Origin: Patescibacteria group bacterium
GTDB lineage: Bacteria; Patescibacteriota; WWE3; UBA101185; UBA10185
Length of the DNA: 64,000 bases
NCBI GenBank assembly: GCA_049322215.1
Contig: JBMORU010000001.1
Coordinates: 644,023-708,022 of the forward strand
Direction: 5' to 3'
This document shows, piece by piece, positions 59,626 to 64,000 of the stretch (the stretch's first letter is position 1; every line of letters starts with the position of its first letter). The translations under genes and the position numbers were made by a program. The notes below the pieces were generated by a model. The model was not told where the DNA came from. It ran no database searches and saw only the letters and a list, made by a program, of their open reading frames with translations.

Positions 59626-60630
59626 CTATGCACTGTAACTCATTATCAATGCTTGGCCTCTTTCAAAATCTAAAGTGTAATCTAATCTTTTATAATCAAG
59701 TTCACTTATTTTACCTGCTCTTAAAAAACTCTTAGCTAGGTTCATATATTCCTCTTTATTTCTCAAGGCAAATGACTCAAGAGTCTTTACTCCAAAGCTA
59801 AAACCTTGGGGTATTTCTTTTGATATAACACGCGCTGAAGCTAGTGCAATACATGCGAATTCTTCTAAATTGTTTGGTCTTTCTCCAAACCTTGGAAACA
59901 AAACCGTAGCTGAATAGACTTTTTTTCTTTTAGCCACAACTAAGGGTGTTGAGGTCCAACCTTGAATAAAACCAGTTTTCATTGTTTTATAAAGTGCATC
60001 ACTTATTCCGCTTTTTTTACCCTGTAATTCTGGTTTTAGTACTACCCCCACAAACTTATATAGCTTTTTACCTTCTAAAAATGAATTAAGTTTACTAAAG
60101 TAAGTTTCAACTGAATTAGTATCAATAACTTCCAAGCTTACTAATTGTTTCCAATAAGTGGAATTTTTGTTTTCTCTCAAATTATTCAGAATATTTTGAA
60201 ATTCGCTACTATCTAAATTATTTAAATCTTCTGCTACATATTCAAGTAAGCCCACGGGCAAGTTATTGTCTAAAGCTATGAAAACTTCTGCGTTTTTGTC
60301 AGATTCAACAGTAGCATCAATATCTACTCTATATTTTTCTGGATTTTTAAAAAAGTCTGATGAAATTATATGCTCTGAAGACCATCCTTTATTTTTTTCA
60401 ATAATAGGTATTACATATTTTTTGAGTAATTCTAGGTTACGTGTATCGAACACTATTTGACCTAAATTGTTTCTGTTGAAGATGACTTTTTTTATTTCCA
60501 CAGCAGAATTATAACAAAAGGGGTAAGAATTATCCCCGCTATTTCTTGTCCTATAGTGTTTACAGCGCTGCTCTTGCTTGTTATAATCGTCAAAGTTAAC
60601 GAAATTAATTTCAATTACATAAATATACAA
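59626..60630 (-). CDS. Hypothetical protein with GNAT-like motif A (possible tandem-GNAT / Fem-like fold)
   Basis: VVLKPELQGKKSGISDALYK resembles GNAT motif A (V....Q/RG.G.G). 10-nt gap to the downstream methyltransferase gene. No RBS before the annotated ATG, so the start is uncertain. Confidence 0.3.
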   Translation of the reverse strand: MYIYVIEINFVNFDDYNKQEQRCKHYRTRNSGDNSYPFCYNSAVEIKKVIFNRNNLGQIVFDTRNLELLKKYVIPIIEKNKGWSSEHIISSDFFKNPEKYRVDIDATVESDKNAEVFIALDNNLPVGLLEYVAEDLNNLDSSEFQNILNNLRENKNSTYWKQLVSLEVIDTNSVETYFSKLNSFLEGKKLYKFVGVVLKPELQGKKSGISDALYKTMKTGFIQGWTSTPLVVAKRKKVYSATVLFPRFGERPNNLEEFACIALASARVISKEIPQGFSFGVKTLESFALRNKEEYMNLAKSFLRAGKISELDYKRLDYTLDFERGQALIMSYSA

Positions 60631-60644
60631 AAGGAGACTTTAAA

Positions 60645-60959
60645 ATGTCATGGGAAGCACTTTCAAAAGATGCGAAAATAAGCCAACTTATTGATGCCTT
60701 AACTCTTACGGCGGTTGGTGTTGTTGAACAAGTCAAAGCAAAACAATACGCGACTGTTAGAGCTCGCCTAACTGACAAAGTGGATATTATGCGTCTGGAT
60801 GTGGACTTTTGGTTTCCGCTTTTAGGTGAACTACGAAAGACAAACAAAATCCCTTCTGCTGAAAGCATTCGAATGAAAGCTGAGGGTATGGTAAACATGA
60901 GTGATGTTGCAATTCGTAAAGCTTTAACTGACTATCGCAAAGAGATCCAACAAAGCTAA
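60645..60959 (+). CDS. Hypothetical small protein (104 aa), GC-rich gene
   Basis: AAAAGGAG RBS. Followed by an imperfect long hairpin plus T7 (~60980-61047). Confidence 0.35.
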   Translation: MSWEALSKDAKISQLIDALTLTAVGVVEQVKAKQYATVRARLTDKVDIMRLDVDFWFPLLGELRKTNKIPSAESIRMKAEGMVNMSDVAIRKALTDYRKEIQQS

Positions 60960-61101
60960 AACGCACTAAAATAACGTAGACTGTACTTGCTTAAAGGAAA
61001 ATAAAAACCTTAAAGTAGCTACAGTCTTTTTTTGCCTTTGTAAAGGTGGTGCACATCTACAACATTGCCTTAAATCAGCATGTCTTTCTTTCAGCTATTA
61101 A

Positions 61102-62340
61102 TTAGAGACCCATTTCCTCATCAAATGAATAATGAATATCTCTAAAACTATTATTGAATTCAATTACATCACTTTTAACATCTTCACCTATTAACGCTCT
61201 ATGTACTAAATTTGCTACCTCTTTTACGTCATTTTCTTTCAAACCTCTTCTAGTCAACTCTTGGGTACCTACTCTTATAAATAATCTATCGCCTAGGGGT
61301 GAATCAAAGTTTGTTGAAATGTTATTTTTTACTAAATTTTTATATAATTCTCCTCTTACCCCTTTATCATCAATAAATACATGCGCTTGGTGATTGTTTG
61401 AGTATTCACCATTGTTTGCTTTTCTTACCGCATATCCCAATTCTGAAAATGCGTTACCAATAGCACGAGAATTACTAATAATTTGCTTTGCGTATTCTTT
61501 TCCAAATGCTTCCATTTCTAATATTGTTATCGAAAGCCCAATCATGTGTGTTAAATGGTTTGTAGAATAAAGACACCCATTAATTATTGAGTTAGCTTTT
61601 AAGCCCAAATCCGCATCTCTAAAAGCTATCATTCCTTTATGAACTGCTGGAAGTGTTTTGTGCGTGTTTGCACAAACTACGTTTGCTCCTTCTTTTAGTG
61701 GCGCTTGAAATTCTTGTCCCATAATTAAGCCCATTGTATGGCTAGCATCATAAATTATTGTAATGTTTTCACCAACTGCTTCTCTAAGCTCTTTTAAGTT
61801 ATGTGGGTTTAAGTAATAAGAAACATCAAGATAAATTGCTGTTGCACCAAGTTCTTTAACTGTTTTTGCTGTTTCTTCAACATTAAAGCGTAAGTTTTCT
61901 AAGTCGTACGATACAAAACCATGTTTTCTTCCAATTCTGTCTAATATGCCCTTTGTAGCAAAGTGTCCTCCGGCGTCATGATGTACTGTTAGCACGGTAT
62001 CGCTTGGTTCTGTAACTGCTAATATAGACGACATCATTGCATGTACACCAGATAACACATTTAAATTAATTGCTTCTGCTGAAAGCATGTTCTTTCCAGT
62101 TTCTTCTGCTTTGTTAACAAGGTCTTCTACACTTTGAATACCTAAAGCAGTAAAGGGATTCATATCAACAACGGAGTTTTCATCGCCACCTCCCATGTAG
62201 TAACGATCAGATAAAGGGGAGTTTAAGAAAAGTCTAACAGTTTTTGAAACTTGGTTTTCGTTGGCAGTTAAGTGTAAAAATTGAAGGCTTCGTTCTTCTT
62301 CTTTTTGAATGTTTTGAACTAGGGTTTTTATGTTTGTCAT
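61102..62340 (-). CDS. glyA: Serine hydroxymethyltransferase-family PLP enzyme (divergent GlyA-like)
   Basis: HLTANENQVS (SHMT LIASEN-like), DAGGHFATKG (GGHLTHG-like) and the PLP-Lys motif NTHKTL. Confidence 0.6.
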   Translation of the reverse strand: MTNIKTLVQNIQKEEERSLQFLHLTANENQVSKTVRLFLNSPLSDRYYMGGGDENSVVDMNPFTALGIQSVEDLVNKAEETGKNMLSAEAINLNVLSGVHAMMSSILAVTEPSDTVLTVHHDAGGHFATKGILDRIGRKHGFVSYDLENLRFNVEETAKTVKELGATAIYLDVSYYLNPHNLKELREAVGENITIIYDASHTMGLIMGQEFQAPLKEGANVVCANTHKTLPAVHKGMIAFRDADLGLKANSIINGCLYSTNHLTHMIGLSITILEMEAFGKEYAKQIISNSRAIGNAFSELGYAVRKANNGEYSNNHQAHVFIDDKGVRGELYKNLVKNNISTNFDSPLGDRLFIRVGTQELTRRGLKENDVKEVANLVHRALIGEDVKSDVIEFNNSFRDIHYSFDEEMGL

Positions 62341-62382
62341 GGAGATATGATATCACTAAAAGTTTTGTTGGGAATTATAGTT

Positions 62383-62456
62383 GGTGAGGGAGGAGAGGAT
62401 CGAACTCTCGACACCCTGGTTAAAAGCCAGGTGCTCTACCACTGAGCTACTCCCCC
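62383..62456 (-). tRNA. tRNA-Lys (anticodon TTT)
   Basis: Acceptor GGGGGAG/CTCCCTC (one G-U pair), anticodon stem CCTGG/CCAGG with loop CUUUUAA, T-loop TTCGATC, encoded ACCA. Confidence 0.85.
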
Positions 62457-62926
62457 ATAAAACAAGAGTAAGTTAAATAAACAGGCCTAAAGCCTGTGGT
62501 TTTACAAGCAGTATTATACATAACAATATTATGAACACAAAGCATTATACTACAATAGTATTGACATTTTCGGGTTATTTTAGTATTTTTCTTGTGCGAG
62601 AATGGCTTTATCGTTACCGTTGCTACTTTTGATACCACCTCTATGCAAAAACTACTACACTATAGCGGTAATGAGCATCCACCTCCGTGTTTTAGGAATA
62701 ATCAAAAGGTTACTGGCAACTTTAATCTTTTGGTTATTCCTTTTTTTTTGTTGACGTATATAACTATAGGTGGCATAATTCTTCAAACTATGAATAACGT
62801 TATGGTTAAAGCTCAGTTAAATACCTTCATATTAAATATAGTCGCTATATTTAGTATTTTTGGCCTCTTTATTATTGGTCAAAGTGGAGGTGTTTTGTAA
62901 CTAAGGTTTAACTATACCTTATTAGC

Positions 62927-62953
62927 ACCTCCCTAACCGGGAGGTTTTTTTTA
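62927..62953 (+). terminator. Intrinsic terminator
   Basis: ACCTCCC-taacc-GGGAGGT followed by T8. Confidence 0.5.
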
Positions 62954-63052
62954 ACCTTTTTTTAATAGATTTTGCGCTTAAGCAAATAAGTTTAAGGGTA
63001 AAAGTTATTAAAAAAGCACATTGAATAAAAAATACTAAAAAGGAGATATGCA

Positions 63053-64000
63053 ATGCTAGTAGATCAAGAGGCTCAGCTACGAGCCATAGCACTGTTCAAT
63101 GAGGCGATCGAAGGTTTGGGTTCTTCCGGCCAAGCGTCTTTAAGCAGTAAAATCTCCTCTCAGGCCGGAAGACTTGGTTTGAGAGTAGGTGATTCTGCTA
63201 TTCCAATGGGTATGCGTTTGCACCCTATTACCGCTACACAACAGCGGTGGGCTACACAAAATGCCGAAGGCGTTTTTATGGCACTTACTCAGGTTGAAGC
63301 AGCTGCGCTGGGTAGAAACTTTTTTGTGAAGTGGCTTGTAGACCGTTCAATTCCTTCGGCGCGCGATAGAGCCTTGTTTTTTCAGGTTTCAAAGCGAAAA
63401 CGCGAAGGGAAAAACCGTTACCAAATGGCACGCCTAGACTTAATTAGCCGCGCGGTTGAGGTAAACGGTAACGGTGTGCAGGGTTGGGCTTTTCACGATA
63501 AAGCTGCAGAACTTTACGAAACCGTTTTGCCCGACTTCTTTCCTGGTTTTCGTGGACTGAGTTTACCTCGTGTAGCGCCGCGGTTGCTAAGCTTGATTTT
63601 GTCGGCGTACAAAGTTGAGCGTGGTAACGGTGTTGCTCCCACAATTGGTATTGTGAAACTGCGCGGACGCGATGAGGTAGAAAAAAACGAGGCCCCCTAC
63701 ATTGCAAAGCAGTTTCGTATGCAGGGAACAAATACCATCATTGGCTATGCCGATCAGGTAAGTTTGCGTGATAACGAAATGTACCTTAGGGGAAAACGTA
63801 TTCATGTGATTTACCGGGTTTTTGATGTGGCCAACCTGGGAGATCTTTGGGACGATGCAAAAGATTTGTACGAAATCTTTATGCGGCCTGATGACTTTAC
63901 TGTGGTGCCGTCGGTGTCAGATAGTATTGTAGGATTGAAGTTTGGCTTTGCACTGCTGTCGTCTCCAATTTGGCGCACACTTTTGGTAGACAGCAAATAC
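63053..64000 (+). CDS. Hypothetical protein, 3'-partial (runs off the window), markedly GC-rich
   Basis: AGGAG RBS 7 nt before ATG 63053. Uninterrupted frame for 316 codons to nt 64000 (MLVDQEAQLRAIALFNEAIEGLGSS...KRIHVIYRVFDVANLGDLWDD...). Missing from the ORF track, presumably because no stop falls in the window. The track's minus-strand ORFs at 63444-63996 lie antisense to it. Confidence 0.5.
   Translation, partial: MLVDQEAQLRAIALFNEAIEGLGSSGQASLSSKISSQAGRLGLRVGDSAIPMGMRLHPITATQQRWATQNAEGVFMALTQVEAAALGRNFFVKWLVDRSIPSARDRALFFQVSKRKREGKNRYQMARLDLISRAVEVNGNGVQGWAFHDKAAELYETVLPDFFPGFRGLSLPRVAPRLLSLILSAYKVERGNGVAPTIGIVKLRGRDEVEKNEAPYIAKQFRMQGTNTIIGYADQVSLRDNEMYLRGKRIHVIYRVFDVANLGDLWDDAKDLYEIFMRPDDFTVVPSVSDSIVGLKFGFALLSSPIWRTLLVDSKY

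Noticed and set aside
62592-62900. 102-aa ORF after tRNA-Lys (possible small membrane peptide MNNVMVKAQLNTFILNIVAIFSIFGLFIIGQSGGVL)
   Set aside because: Only the last ~36 codons look protein-like. There is no convincing RBS. The upstream part of the ORF runs through a promoter-like AT-rich region. Left unannotated; it could be a real small peptide.
63444-63996. Minus-strand ORFs 63444-63731, 63587-63805, 63811-63996
   Set aside because: All lie antisense to a long, RBS-preceded plus-strand frame (63053 to window end) in GC-rich DNA, where antisense ORFs arise readily. The plus-strand frame is preferred.
1-64000. CRISPR arrays, insertion sequences, integrases or prophage genes
   Set aside because: There are no regularly spaced direct repeats. 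No transposase (DDE), integrase or recombinase signatures appear in any translated frame. No phage structural gene homologues were recognised.

Overview
This 64-kb window of low-GC DNA (about one-third G+C by eye; UGA is used as a stop codon, consistent with genetic code 11) reads like core chromosome from a small-genome bacterium. The gene content resembles Patescibacteria/CPR-like lineages: truncated UvrC, a Klenow-only PolA, few Mur ligases. Recognisable core genes are a PBP transpeptidase C-terminus, uvrA, uvrC, secG, murA, an ECF sigma factor, a reduced dcw cluster (mraY-ftsW-murG-ftsQ-ftsA-ftsZ), class Ia ribonucleotide reductase nrdAB, type-2 ileS, a second SEDS protein (rodA-like), rplU/rpmA, lepB, PolX, LemA+HtpX, gatC-gatA-[insert]-gatB, a Klenow-like polA, a ClpE-like AAA+ ATPase, rplS and tmk. 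Four tRNAs lie on the minus strand: Thr-CGT, Gly-CCC, Asp-GTC and Lys-TTT. A surface-glycan cluster encodes a GH18-like hydrolase, a GH5-like hydrolase, a Wzx-like flippase and an O-antigen-ligase-like protein. No CRISPR array, transposase or integrase was seen. The most unusual content is: (i) a compact GC-rich two-gene cassette (NADAR-family hydrolase plus a 67-aa HicB/UPF0150-like protein) with a near-consensus sigma70 promoter and tandem terminators, lying in a ~9-kb stretch of hypothetical genes next to tRNA-Lys; (ii) a 131-aa HEPN-like (R-x4-H) ORF translationally coupled between gatA and gatB; (iii) a truncated, P-loop-degenerate Mur-ligase-like gene in an operon with the ECF sigma factor, divergent from the dcw cluster; (iv) a GC-rich, hairpin-dense noncoding element between the transglutaminase-like gene and uvrC; (v) several isolated GC-rich small genes, including a partial GC-rich CDS running off the 3' end. 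ORF boundaries follow the supplied track, adjusted where a better start was evident.
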